Source of the DNA: Octopus vulgaris
Lineage: Eukaryota
Length of the DNA stretch: 64,000 bases
Reading direction: 5' to 3'
NCBI GenBank assembly: GCA_951406725.2
Contig: OX597818.1
Location: forward strand, 11,284,001-11,348,000
A model generated the notes under the pieces. That model was not told where the DNA came from and searched no databases. It saw nothing but the letters and a program-made list of their open reading frames with translations. The position numbers and the translations under genes were made by a program. Positions 13,612 through 26,775 of the stretch are shown in pieces; the first letter of the stretch is position 1; each line of letters starts with the position of its first letter.

Positions 13612-13702
13612 ATATATATATAATCTTTCTATAGTATGTAATTTTTCTAAATGGTATAATTTAATTTTTCATTATTGAATTGATAAAAGGTGTTCTTTTC
13701 CA

Positions 13703-13737
<35 letters not shown>

Positions 13738-14671
13738 TTTGTGAAATTTGATTTAGTATTTCTAAATTGAATTTTTCCCTGTAAGTTTGGAATAATACTC
13801 CCTCATATTATTGCATCAGCATGGCCGCAGCTCTGAGCTGAAACTAAAAAAGAAAAGAAAAGATATATATATATATATTTATATATTATACTTCAATATG
13901 TAGCAATTGTAAGTACACTGTTCATATCATATACCTCAAGGAACATGACAGAAGCCATACATATATTATATATTCTCTTTACACACATGTATCCAAATTC
14001 TGTCACTTTGCAATATTTTATAGAAACAATATACTAATAGTTGTCACGTACTGTAATACTAGGTTGAATAAAGTGATATATTTTGTGCCATATGAATTGA
14101 ATTCTTTGTATTCTCTCACTTGTAGATTCAAATACACACACACTAACTTCATATGTATGCACACAGCTTTGTGTTTGACTCTCATATGTGTTAATGTAAT
14201 TATATAATAGAGGCTGAAGTAATAACGCATTTACAAGTCTTGATAAGTTGTATATATGTATCTGCAAACGTAACTTGTAAGCTGCGTAATTTTAGATTTA
14301 ATTCTTCATTGCTTATCACCTCCGTCTATGATGTGTTATAATGAAAGACAAACTCTGCTCTTTATGTTAAATACTCTACTTAAATGAACAAAAGTACTGA
14401 GTAAATAAATCTTCTTGTAACCAGATTGCTTCAGGAATTTATATCTCATCTTTGTATTTCTTTTTACCACATCCATCTTTCAATCAATGATATTTCAAGC
14501 AAAAAATTTCTATTTTGTTTAAATTATCTGGTTTGTTGCTCTGAATATACTATGTGATTTATTGATAGCTATTCTTCATGTTTTCTGATAATTAGTTGTT
14601 GGTGTTATTGTTGTTGTTGTCATGTGCTATGGCACTCATGATCTATGACACTCCAGCCAAAATTATTCTGT

Positions 14672-15062
14672 TGTGGCTGTGTGGTAGGAGTTTATTTCCC
14701 AACCACATAGTTCCACGTTCAGTCTCATTATTTGGCAACTTGAGCAAGTGTCTTCTATAGCTCTGAGCTAGTCTTGTGAATGGATTTTGTCTTGAGTCTT
14801 ATGAATGGGTTTGGTAGATACACAATCTGAAAGAAGCTCATCATGTGCATGTATATCTTTGTGTATGTTTCCTGCTTCCATTTGACAACTGGTATTGGTT
14901 TGTTTATGTCCGTGTAACTTAGCAGTTCAGCAAAATGGGACAATAGAATAAGTACCAAGCTTAAAATGAAATGAATACTAATGTTGGTCAACTATTTAAA
15001 AATAAAACCTTTGAGGCAGTGTTCCAGCATGGCTGCAGTCCAATGACTGAAGCAAGTACAAA
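14672..15062 (+). mobile_element. SINE family 1, diverged
   Basis: gtggctgtgtggtagg ... atgactgaagcaagt. Confidence 0.75.
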
Positions 15063-15477
15063 AAACAGAAGAGATTGTCTATCTTGGGTTACATAATTTA
15101 ATCTGTCCCCTTTCTTTTCAAAGTGTTTTGAAAGTTAGAATGTAAGGTGATATTCAAGGCTGCTATTTCTTGCAGGTTCCACATTCACATAAAATGTGAT
15201 CCTTTGGCTCACAAATTCAGTTACTATCTTGTGGATTCATAAAACTAAAAGTTATGACTTTATGGATAGTAAAGGAGACAGGAGTCTCATTTTATTCTTT
15301 TACCAAACATTCAAGCTTTATTTTCTTTTTATGACTTAATATTTAGGAGTAACTGTGCCCATGCATAGCCTTAGCAGGCTCTCTGTTATTGATGAGAATA
15401 ATACAGTTGATGCTTAGCTGCAACATATATAAATCAGAAGTCTGCAAGAAAATCAGGGTTAAAGGTATAGTGAAGGC

Positions 15478-15993
15478 CAATGGTTCTCTACCATTTTTAT
15501 CCGTAGACCTCCTTTGATTACTGTTTTATTATGGTGGACCCCCATAGCCATTCGATGCTTAAAAACTAGCTTTATAGTCACTTCTTTCAAAATTTCCATT
15601 TTGTTTTTCACATGTTCACTTGCGTAAGTTTGAAAATAGCACTCTGAGAGAACATATTTCATTGACCAGAAACATGTTAAACTGTGTAAAACATTAGAGA
15701 AAGAAACTGAGCTGTTTCTTGCAATAAATATATCTAAAGCAAAATTTTTTCATGAACCCTTAAAATACTACTGTGGATCCCCAATTTACTATTTTGCTCA
15801 CATGGACCCTCAAAGACCTTATATGAAAGACCGGAGTCACAACGGGCCCTTTTTAAAGGCCAAAGAAAAATTTTTTCATGAACTCTTAAAATATTACTGT
15901 GGATCCCCAATTTACTATTTTGCTCACATGGACCTTCAAAAGTCTTATATGAAACACCTGGGAGGTCTCATAGACCCTGGTTGAGAACCACTG
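15478..15993. mobile_element. hAT (Charlie/MER5-like) MITE with an internal duplication
   Basis: TIRs caatggttctctacc / ggttgagaaccactg. 8-bp flanks gtgaaggc / gggtaggc (6/8 match). Internal repeat at ~15740-15826 and ~15866-15953. Confidence 0.7.
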
Positions 15994-16814
15994 GGGTAGG
16001 CGAACAGTGATGGCAATGCAAATAGGATAAGTACTGGAACTCTGACTATGAGGTCAGTGTCAAATATTTTCTGCATAAGAATAATGGTTTAGAATTATTC
16101 TTTATGGTCTAGTTCAAAACATCATAATTGTTGTACTGATTTTATCACACTATTTCAAAACACAACATGAATAACTTTGTGTTGAATATGCCACTTGTTC
16201 TGACTTTCATTCCCTCCTGGACAAAGATACAAGTCTATTCTAGAAAATAAATTATCTCAAAGTTGACAATTTTGTTGCTGTTGTCTATCCTTTGATCAGC
16301 TTTAAATAACGAATAATGTCTATGACTAAAGGCATTCCAGCTGTGAACATATCAAGCCTTTTTATATTTATATAGATGTTATTTTTTTTGCACAACAACT
16401 TATCTTTGACTACATCATTTAATATATTCTTCCTCACCCCATCCTTTTATACTAAATGCTATATGAGAGAAAATGTGGCTGCTATTTCTAACAAGTCAAG
16501 TGATTCTGTAGAACCTTACTGATTGGTTCATTTATAGTGAATTTATAATAAATATGAGGAGTTTGACTTCACAAGTGAGCTGATACAACACTTCATTGCT
16601 GTCTGTAACTGACAATAATTTTTCAATGAAATTTATTTTTATTGATCAAAAACTGTTAACTTGTCTCTTTTTTATTTTTTGTATTGCTTTTGTTTTTAGA
16701 TTTTAATTCTCAAAGTTTCTTCACTCACTTTCTTCTATTTATCTCTCTCTCTTCTCCCTCCTCTAGTTGTTAAATTATTTCTCTTCATATGTTTATTCAT
16801 GTTTGTGTGTGTGC

Positions 16815-16889
<75 letters not shown>

Positions 16890-17131
16890 TATATTGAGAC
16901 ACAGAGAGCTGTGTATGTGTGTGTGTGTGTGTATAAATGTATCTATGTGTGTGTGTATGTCAGGCTCTTTCTTCCTGCCATTTAATCATATTGAACTGTT
17001 AATCTCTACACATTTTTTCTCTCTTCATTTTTTTCTTCTCAATCCTTTCTGTAGAAGAGCACAAGCTCAAAACATCAGTGAACTTTATATATATATAATA
17101 ATATAAATAATATATATATGCATATATATAT

Positions 17132-17370
17132 ACGTAAAAGCACCATCCGTTCGTGGCCGATTGCCAGCTCCGTCTGGCTCCTGTGCGGGTGGCACGTAAA
17201 AAGCACCCACTACACTCAGTGGTTGGCGTTAGGAAGAACATCCAGCCGTAGAAACACTGCCAGATCAGACTGGGCCTGATGCAGCCTTCTGGCTTCACAG
17301 ACCCCAGTTGAACCGTCCAACCCATGCTAACATGGAAAACGGACGCTAAATGATGATGATGATGATGATG
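17132..17370 (+). mobile_element. Repeat family 3 (SINE or LINE 3' end with (TGA)n tail, probably RTE-mobilised)
   Basis: gtggttggcgttaggaag..catccagccgtagaaac..ccatgctaacatggaaaacggacgctaaatgatgatg. Other copies at ~41830-42105, ~38720-38868, ~60380-60600 (+) and ~1880-1975, ~3480-3660, ~50270-50395 (-). Confidence 0.8.
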
Positions 17371-17689
17371 ATATATGTACATACTTACATCTATACATAT
17401 GCATATGTGGGCACAGGATGTCATAAAACGTGTACAACAAAAAAGTACGAAGCACGAGTACATGGAACATGAGCTATTCTTTCGAACAATGAAAGACACA
17501 AATGGAAAACAAAACAAACAACATAAAGAATGACTTTTCATCAGTTGTTGGCTGTTTTCTAGTCTCGTATTTCGAGCATTTAACAACAATATATGCTTTT
17601 GATAAAACAGTTGCTCCTGCAAAGCAAATTAAATAAAATTTGGGATTTTGTGGAGGGTCAAAATTGGTATACATACATATATATATATA

Positions 17690-17726
17690 TAGATAGATAG
17701 ATAGATACAGATAGATACAGATAGAT

Positions 17727-17785
<59 letters not shown>
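17690..17785. repeat. (AGAT)n microsatellite
   Basis: Seen directly. Confidence 0.95.
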
Positions 17786-18579
17786 CACACACACAAACAC
17801 ACTCACATACAGAGTCATATGTTAATATGTATGTTTTATCATTTAGCATCTATTTTTCCATACTTGTATGGGTCAAATGAAAGTTGTTGAGGCTAATTTT
17901 TCACAAACAGATACCTTTCCTATTTCAACTTCCTTCCCCTTCTCTCCTGCCATTTCCAAATAAAGTAATATTTTTCCATGGCCAGATATTGAAGGCTTGA
18001 AATGTGTACAATTTTTGTATAAGATTGGTACTCACTTGAGACTAATGAACAATGTCAAAACAAGAACATAACACACACACACATACATACATACATACAA
18101 AGTTACATATCTACATATACAATAGACTTCATTCTGTTTCCATGTACCAAGTATACTTTCTGCATTGTTCAGCTATGTGTGTGTGTATTTGACAGGTTTT
18201 TTAAGGTCAAGTTGTGTAATGTTGCTTATGATTCACACATAAAGGTATCAATTAAAGGTTTTATGGACCAATTCACATTGATTTTGCAAACACTTTCACA
18301 TAAAATTTGTTGCAATCAGTTTATATACATCTGCACACACATATATGCACGCACACACACAACACACACACTCTGTTGTATTTTACATTTTCTATAACAT
18401 TTTTATATTTGAATTTCTGTTTTCCCTTTCACTGCTTACCAGGACTTATCAATACAGGTAAGACTTCACATATCTATATGTTATGTATACCTAATTGCTT
18501 ATTTTGAATATGTACACTTGTGCTGAGGTATATGTGTGTACATATATGTGTGTGTGTGTTATATATATATATATATATA

Positions 18580-18631
<52 letters not shown>

Positions 18632-20034
18632 GAGGGATATGTGTGTGAATGCATATATGTATAACAGATGTGTGCATGTGTGTGTGTTTGCATTACATTT
18701 ATTTTACCCATGTTATCATGAGTTCCAGTGGTTCACTTACAGGGCATTGGTCAGCCTGAAGCTATAGTAGACACTTCCCCAAAGGACCATGGAGTGGTGC
18801 TGAACCTAAAAGCTTGTGTTTGAGAAGTGAAATTCTTAACCACTCTGTCTATATACTTTTGTATTTGCATTTGTACATGTGTGTATATATGCATGTCTAT
18901 TGATATGTGAACTTCTATATAGTGTCTTGATGGATCTGACTGAAAAGAGGTGGTCAGTGGGCTCAATAAAATGCCATTTGGACTCAGGCATAGACTTGAT
19001 CACCTTAGGTGGGTGGCCTGAGTGAGAATGTGTTGTATAACCTAAAACACCTACTAATGAAGGCAAGTGAAACTCCAAGAAAAGATGTTATAACAATGGA
19101 GATGTTAAAGGGAGGAGGATAAGAGCTGTGGAAAATCCTCCTTCTGCTCTTCAGTTATTCTGTATGTGTAGCGAAAAGTTTTGTTGGAAAAATTTTTTGC
19201 CCTACATGGTGAGATGTAGTGAAAAATATAAGAAAAATGCTCAGAGTATATATATTTTTTATGAGATAAAATATTTACTTGGTCAACTGGTTTCACTTTT
19301 GGTAATCATGACTCAGAAATTAGTGAAAATATTACAATTTTGTGGTATTTAGTCCATGTTGGTAGCACAAAAATTATTGTGCTACATGTGCACACATGTT
19401 TATATGAGCATATTGCAAAATCAGAATTCAATGCTTAATAGTGGCTGTCCAATGAAGAAAGATACTGATACACTTTCTATGAGGAACAATCAGTAAGTCA
19501 TGGACTGGTTCATCAAAAGCCTCCTTCCCTAGTTTTTCCACACATCATTAACATAGAAAGAATGTATTTGTATTTATATTACCCCAACAGTGAGACTTTC
19601 TAATATTTAACTTAAATTCAGTACTTCTGGTTACAGTTGGTTGGGTATAAATTAGATATTGTGTGTGTGTGTGTAAAAGCATATACATATACATGTATAT
19701 AAAAATTTTGAAATGAATATTTATTATTATCTTTTAATATATATTTTTTTATACACGTTCTTTTATTTCATAGAAAGGCAGTGATCTGGCAGAATTATAA
19801 GCATGCCAGGCAAAATTTTTGTGGCATTTTGTCTGTGTTTATGTTCTGAGTTCAAATTTTACTACGGGCAGCTTTGCCTTTCATCCTTTCGGAGCCTATA
19901 AAATAATTACCAGTTGAACACTGGGGTCAATATAATCTGGCCAGGTGCTAAAATTTAAAACCATTGTGTATTTTATACAAATATATTTTTTACATTCAGA
20001 AAACATTGATTTAATATAGAGTAGAAAGGATAGT

Positions 20035-20225
20035 CTTTTGCTCTTTTACTTGTTTCAGTCATTTGACTGCGACCATGCTGGAGCACCGCCTTTAGTCGAG
20101 CAAATCAACCCTGGGATTTATTCTTTGTAAGTCCAGTACTTATTCTATCGGTCTCTTTTGCCGCTAAGTGACGGGGACGTAAACACACCAGCATCGGTTG
20201 TCAAGCAATGCTAGGGGGACAAACA

Positions 20226-20287
<62 letters not shown>

Positions 20288-20450
20288 CGACAGGCTTTTT
20301 TCAGTTTCCGTCTACCAAATCCACTCACAAGGCATTAGTCGGCCCAGGGCTATAGCAGAAGACACTTGCCCAAGATGCCACGCAGTGGGACTGAACCCAG
20401 AACCATGTGGTTGGTTAGCAAGCTACTTACCACACAGCCACTCCTGCGCC
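20035..20450 (-). mobile_element. tRNA-derived SINE family 1, full length, with internal microsatellite
   Basis: Head ggcgcaggagtggctgtgtggtaag with A box and B box ggttcagtccc, central (TA)/(TG)n, tail gactgaaacaagtaaaagag. Many copies in the window. Confidence 0.9.
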
Positions 20451-20699
20451 TATATATATCTTTATTATATCAAATAATAGAATACTCTGAGCTTCACCCT
20501 TAGCTTATCATAAGTGTAGTGATCAGTCAAAGGGTAAAACTCAGACTAGAGTATATCATGTCTTATTTTTATTTCATGCATCTTTTTAATGGAAAAAAGT
20601 ATTTACTAGCATTTTGAGAAGGCAACATTAAAACATGTTCTCCGCAACTACACTTTCAAAGGGTTCCATTCTGCTATTTTGAGATCCCCAGATTTATAA

Positions 20700-20942
20700 C
20701 AGTGCTTCTCAACCATTTTTTACTTATGGACTCTTTTGATTCCTATTTCACTTGGATGGACCCTTCTAGCCATTTAATGTTTAAAAAATCCTATTATATT
20801 TTTATAATTAAATATTTATAACTGTCTAAAAAAAAACATTGTTAAAATATCTTGTGCATTGTTGAAGTCTGCAGATAAATTTTAACAGCAAAATCTTATA
20901 TGGATCCCTAAGTGCCATATAGACTCCAGTTGAGTACAACTG
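20700..20942. mobile_element. hAT MITE, same family as 15478
   Basis: cagtgcttctcaacc ... agttgagtacaactg. 8-bp TSD atttataa / atgtataa. Confidence 0.75.
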
Positions 20943-21479
20943 ATGTATAAAATTTTGTGGGTAATCCTCTATTAACTTAATCCCAGTCATTGTTTTTGTG
21001 TGTGTGTTGCTTGCTTCAAATGCTAAGCAAGCCTACAGACTTCAGAATGTCCTAGATTATTTGTAAGAACGTTTATATGTTTTGGGGATCAGTAGTCTTA
21101 CACTGGAAATGTCAACTGAAAAATAATTTTGATAGGAATGTGTGATGTGTTAAATAGAGAACAAAATAAAAAAAAAAACTTGCATAACAGAACAACTACA
21201 CACAGGATTTAATTGCGAGCTACTGAAAGTTTCATACTTCGGATTGTAGAATAGTCGAATCAGCTTGTATAACATACTGCATACTACTAGTAAGCATTCA
21301 GGCTCAAAATACAACAGCCTGAATGATTACCTGATACCACTTGACATGCGATAAAAGCTGGTCTGACCATTGTACAAAACTTATAGTAGGCTGTATTTAG
21401 ACATTGTGTATATAAAATACTTATCTCTCACTAGATGGAGCATGCTTTAGATGATCCCACTGACAATGGCACAGTATGC

Positions 21480-21550
<71 letters not shown>

Positions 21551-21551
<1 letters not shown>

Positions 21552-21859
21552 AAACAATTGCAGCATGGAAGGTGTTTATAAGCCATTTAAGAAACACACA
21601 TAAACCGTTAGATTCACTTCAGCATTTAAATTTAATTTGCCAAAATATTTTTGGCGCTTTCAGACCACAACCTGTTCACTGACAAAATTCCGTGCTGAGC
21701 TTAAATGAGATGCAGCATGGGATTTTGTCAGTGAACAGGTCGCGGTCTCAAAGCGATCAAAATATTTTGGCAAATTAAATTTAAATGTTGAAGTGAATCT
21801 GACGATTTTCGTGTATTTCTTAAATGGCTTATAAACACCTTCCACGCTGCAATTGTTTT
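21551..21859. repeat. Long inverted repeat (~147-bp arms, 15-nt spacer)
   Basis: aaaacaattgcagcatggaaggtgtttataagccatttaagaaa... / ...tttcttaaatggcttataaacaccttccacgctgcaattgtttt. Abuts (TA)n. Confidence 0.95.
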
Positions 21860-22199
21860 CGTTCCAGCATAATCACAGTGATATGACTGAAACAAGTGAA
21901 AGAGTAAAAGAATATAGTTTATAGAACCAATAGAGATGGAATCAACAAAAAAAAATACTCTGTCCAGTGAGATATATCTTTATCTATGAGATGTGTGTAT
22001 AGGGATTAATTATTCAGGCGGTACAGAATGAGCACTCAGTTATAACCTCGGTTCAGGCTAACCACTTCAAGTTGTAAGGAACACCTAGGATTACAATTGC
22101 TAATTCTCCATGCAACAGAAACATATGTCAGTCATATTTAAACCAAATATGCTGTGTAATTGACTGTAGAAATAGAAAAAATATGCATCATCATAATTG

Positions 22200-22240
<41 letters not shown>

Positions 22241-22568
22241 GAGTGATCCTCGAAGTGGCAATGGCGTGGTTGTTTCCCCTGTCAACATATGCATATACTG
22301 TATGCGTGCTTCCTACAGCATTAAGGGTATATTAAATCTTATTTCTAGCAATGTAGATACTCCACCATCCTAAGTCACACTTAGGGATGATTGAATTTTT
22401 CCTTTATGGTATTACACTGCACCTGGCTGTTTATATTAATTTATATAAACTCATATATATATAATATATATATATATATCAAAATTGGATATTAATTTTA
22501 TAACATCAATTTAACACCAGTGGTCTAGCATATAAAAAAACTGAGATTCAGTAAATAGTATTTTATAC

Positions 22569-22680
22569 ATAAATATAAGAGGGAACCACTATGTAGAAAC
22601 CCTTACGCTATGGTTGAGACTGTAGCGGATCTTTTTTCTAGCGTAAGGGTTTCCACATAGTGGTTCCCTCTTATATTTAT
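22569..22680. repeat. Inverted repeat (42-bp arms, 28-nt spacer)
   Basis: ataaatataagagggaaccactatgtagaaacccttacgcta / tagcgtaagggtttccacatagtggttccctcttatatttat. Confidence 0.9.
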
Positions 22681-22699
22681 ACATATATAAATAAATATC

Positions 22700-22750
<51 letters not shown>

Positions 22751-23044
22751 TCATAATTATTTAATGTCCATGTTCCATGCTGACTAGGGTTGGACTTGTG
22801 TGTGTATATAAACTACTAAAATATTTCCAGTTGTCTTGTTTTCTGAACATCATCCTCTGTCTTTGCATTGAGTCAAACACACACATAAGCTTCTATTCAT
22901 CACTGTATTTTTCCAGCCTTCACTCTTTCACACACATAGATTGTCTTGTATTCCTATCTATCTGTTTAATTCTTCTGTTTTCTCACCCACCCCATCACCA
23001 CACACACACATGCATGCATGCATGCATGCATGTGATTGTCCATT

Positions 23045-23410
23045 AAATTCGTTGGTGACTGTCTTCTTCAATTCAGGATTCTTTGATGACTGTACATCCC
23101 AGTTGCAATTTATTGATGTGCACCTTTAGTTGCCACTGGACATGTGAATATTTGACTGGGGAGATTAGCTATTAATCTTATGTGCATGCCTCTAGTCTCA
23201 TCTCTTTTGGTAGTACTGAGTGTATTTCTCCTCCTCCTCCTATATCTTCAATCCTCTTCCAGCAGTGAGAACACCAAAGTGAATGGTTGATAGCCATAGT
23301 CTCTGCTTTTAAGCAGTTGATGTTACTCCTCTTCAAAGTCATCTGCTAGTTATTGAACCACTTCTTTGGTCCTCTAGTCAAGCAATGACCATGGTGTAGC
23401 TGACCATGTA
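23045..23410 (-). mobile_element. RTE-clade LINE 3' end, degenerate
   Basis: Minus remnants RGPKKWF..TLKRSNIN..ETMAINHSLW and IFTCP...GMYSHQRI, resembling the C-terminal zinc finger-like tail of RTE elements. Confidence 0.55.
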
Positions 23411-25078
23411 AGATCCTACAGAGGAAAAGTGAGATATGCACTACATGCTCAAACCATCTCCCCCCACTCTCTCTCACGCACACACACACACATACACACA
23501 CACACACTTTCTGTTTATTTATATCTATTCTTGATCTCTAACTTGCTCATACATCTTTTATCTCTTTCTTTATCTGATTTTTCTACTCATAAATACACAC
23601 TTCCTCATTTTCTCTGTCTACCTATCTTTCTATCTTTTTTCACACACACACACACACATAAATTCTACTTCTCTCACATACACATATACACACACATTGA
23701 TACTAAAACATAGAAGAAAACTCACATACACACAAACCCACACATGGCTTTTGTTATGTCTTCTCACATACACACTTTATAAAATGTGTTGTGTGAAAGC
23801 TCTCCCTTTTTTTTATGTTTTTGTGACTTTGTTCTGAATGTAAAGAAAATAAACAGGGGAAGAGACAGAAAACAAGGCCATAACTTAAATATTTTAGAAA
23901 AGAAATAGGTAAGACCTTGTAGACTTTGAGATGTTAAGTCTGAATAAAAGAGGAGATAGTCATAACTGGAAAGTCTTTCATCATAGATCTGATTAATGAT
24001 CAACAGTTAAACAGCATCAATATCAACAACTTGGGTTAAGGTGCTGCTTCCACATAATCCCACTGCTTGCTGAAATAGCACCCATAGGTGCAAGCATAGC
24101 TGTGTGGTTAGAAAGCTGCGTGCTTTTGGGTTTAGTCTCACTATGTGGCACTTTGGGCAAGTGTCTTCTGAAATAGCTGTGGGTTGACTGAAGCCTTGTG
24201 ATCTGGTGGATGGAATTTCTCATCATAAGTGTATACATGTGTGTGAAAGTGCTTGTCCCTTCAAACAGAATTTCTTCAAATTTTAACTCTATCTCTGTTA
24301 AAGAACTCATTCAGTGATGTAGCCCAAGATACACTATGCCTGAATAAAAGAGAAACTGGTCAACACCGGAACACCTTTGATTATAGATTTTTTTTTTTGA
24401 TCAGAACTGACCTGGGGTTAAACAACATCAAGAATTAGCAGCAATAGCAACAATGTTAATGACAATAATAACCACACCCTTTACAACAATTAATAGCAAT
24501 AACGTCAGTGATGGCAATAACACCACAACAGTGACAAGAGCAACATCAATAACAACAGCAATATTAATAACAATATTAATAACAATAGCTGTATCAATAC
24601 ATCAGCAACAACAATGCCATTAACTGTAGCAACATCAATAACAACAACTACTATACTAATGATTATAGCAACAATAACCATAAAAGACAGCAATAACAAC
24701 CGCAACATCAATAACAACAAATAGGGAACTTCAACTATGAAATGAAATAAAAATAATGAATGAGGAAAAAAAAAAATCAAACGATCCATATGTTTTCAAT
24801 GAAATGAAAGAAGTTTACGAAGAAAGCAGCACCACTGGAGGAAAAACACGAGGAAATCCTTTGTTCGGCTCCAAAAGAAATTCAAAGCAGATGTTTTCTT
24901 GGACTAAAAAGTTGAATTAAAATAATATCAACAACAACAACAATGCCAATAATAATAATAATTATAATAATAATAATAATGGTAATAGTGGTGGTGGTGA
25001 TGATGATGATGATGATTGTAACAACAGCAACAACTAAAATAATGATTTTGAAAAAAGAAAAACATGAGTAAGCAGGCA

Positions 25079-25128
<50 letters not shown>

Positions 25129-25530
25129 CATATATATACATATATATTTAAAGATCAAAGAATCACTTTTTTCTTCCTATTCTTTCTTTCAAACTTTTTT
25201 TTTGTCATTTGAAACTTAATGTTACTTGTGCGAAAAACATCCCCATTATCATTATCCACATCATTGTCAAAATCATCATCATCATTATGATATTCATTTA
25301 ACTGTCATTGTCTATTGCTGGTACAGGGTTGGCTAGGTGTGCTATCAAATGGCAATATTGGTAAAGAATGTACTATCTCATCCATGAGGCCAAATACCTC
25401 AAGGACCAACTTTATCAGTTCTTCACATTTCTGAGATGTTGAGTATGTATGTATTTATCAATCAGAATCTTCACCTTATACTGGTAAAAATGCTTTGAGT
25501 TTACTTAAACCCTCTTCACAAGTGATATTA

Positions 25531-26775
25531 TGAGGGTCAGCTGAAAAGTTTATAGGCTTAGCAAGATACTCCCATGGAATGTGTCCAAATGAGGTTTATG
25601 TTTCAATGTAGTTCCCCCTTACAGTCTACACACTTCTTCCACTGGTGTTGCAGTGCTTGCATTCCATTGCTGATAAAGCCTTCATCTTTTTTGTTCAAAA
25701 ATATCACCAACAGCATATATGATATCATCAGTACTGTGATACTGATTCCAAACTAAGTGGGGTTTTTTCAAGTTGGGGAACAGATAATAATCAGATAGGG
25801 CCAAATCAGAAGGGTGATCAACCAGTTCAAAGTCACAGTCATGTACATCAGCCATTGAACCCTAGGTCTTGTGTGCTAGAGCATTGTTCTGATGAAACAA
25901 GACCCCTTTCATCAGTTTTTCTGGTTGTTTGGTCTTGACAGCCTTTTCTAACTGCCTCAGCAAGTTAGCAAAGTACTCTCCATTGCTGGAGTGGCTTTTT
26001 TGAAGGTATGCAATATGCACAATGCCTATTGCATCCCAAAAAACTGAGGTCATCACCTTCCCTGCTGATGAACCAACCTTGGCCTTCTTTGGAGTTGGTG
26101 GGAAGAGGTGTTTCCACTGCATGGATCATCTCTTTATGTCTGGCTCAAAGTGATTAACCCAACACTCAAGCTGGGTTAGGAAACATTCAAGGAAACCAGC
26201 TAGATCTGCCTCAAACCATATCAGATTTTCCCTGTGATGCGATCAGTCTGATGTGCTTTTAATCAGAATCAGATATGGCACCCACCCAGCAGAAACGTTT
26301 GTCGTGCCAAGTTCATTGTGCAAAATATTCTTTTAACTCCTTCACAGGATATGTAACAGCTTTGGCTGTCATCCATCACCATGTGGTGGACACAATGTTT
26401 TCCTTGGTGGTGACAATTGCAGGACTTCCAGATCTTGGGTCTCCCTTCCCCTCCTAAATTCAGCTGTCCACTTTTACACTGCTGACAAAGTTGGAGCATC
26501 ATCCCCTAATGTATCAACCATGTCAGCACAAATGTCCTTGGGGATAACCCATTTTCTACAGGTACTTAACAACACCATGATGCCATATTTTGCCCTTTTT
26601 GAAGAGAAGTCACTTCTAGTTACTTTTGAAGTGTTCTTTGAACAGTGAGATGTCAGTGTACTTAGAAAGAAACAATGCAGTTATGAATAAGAAAATCTGA
26701 AATTAATACATGCAATATTTCACAGCTCTAGCATCACTCCTTCATAGTCAGTTTATGAACTTTTCAGCCCTCTCT
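25531..26775 (-). mobile_element. Degenerate mariner (DD34D-type) DNA transposon with transposase pseudogene
   Basis: Minus-strand remnants include WVPY, FLTQLECWVNHFEP, SAGKVMTSVFWD, FHQNNALAH and DLALSDYYLFPNLKK, broken by stops and frameshifts. Imperfect TIRs gagggtcagctgaaaagtttata / tatgaacttttcagccctct. About 1.25 kb. Confidence 0.9.
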
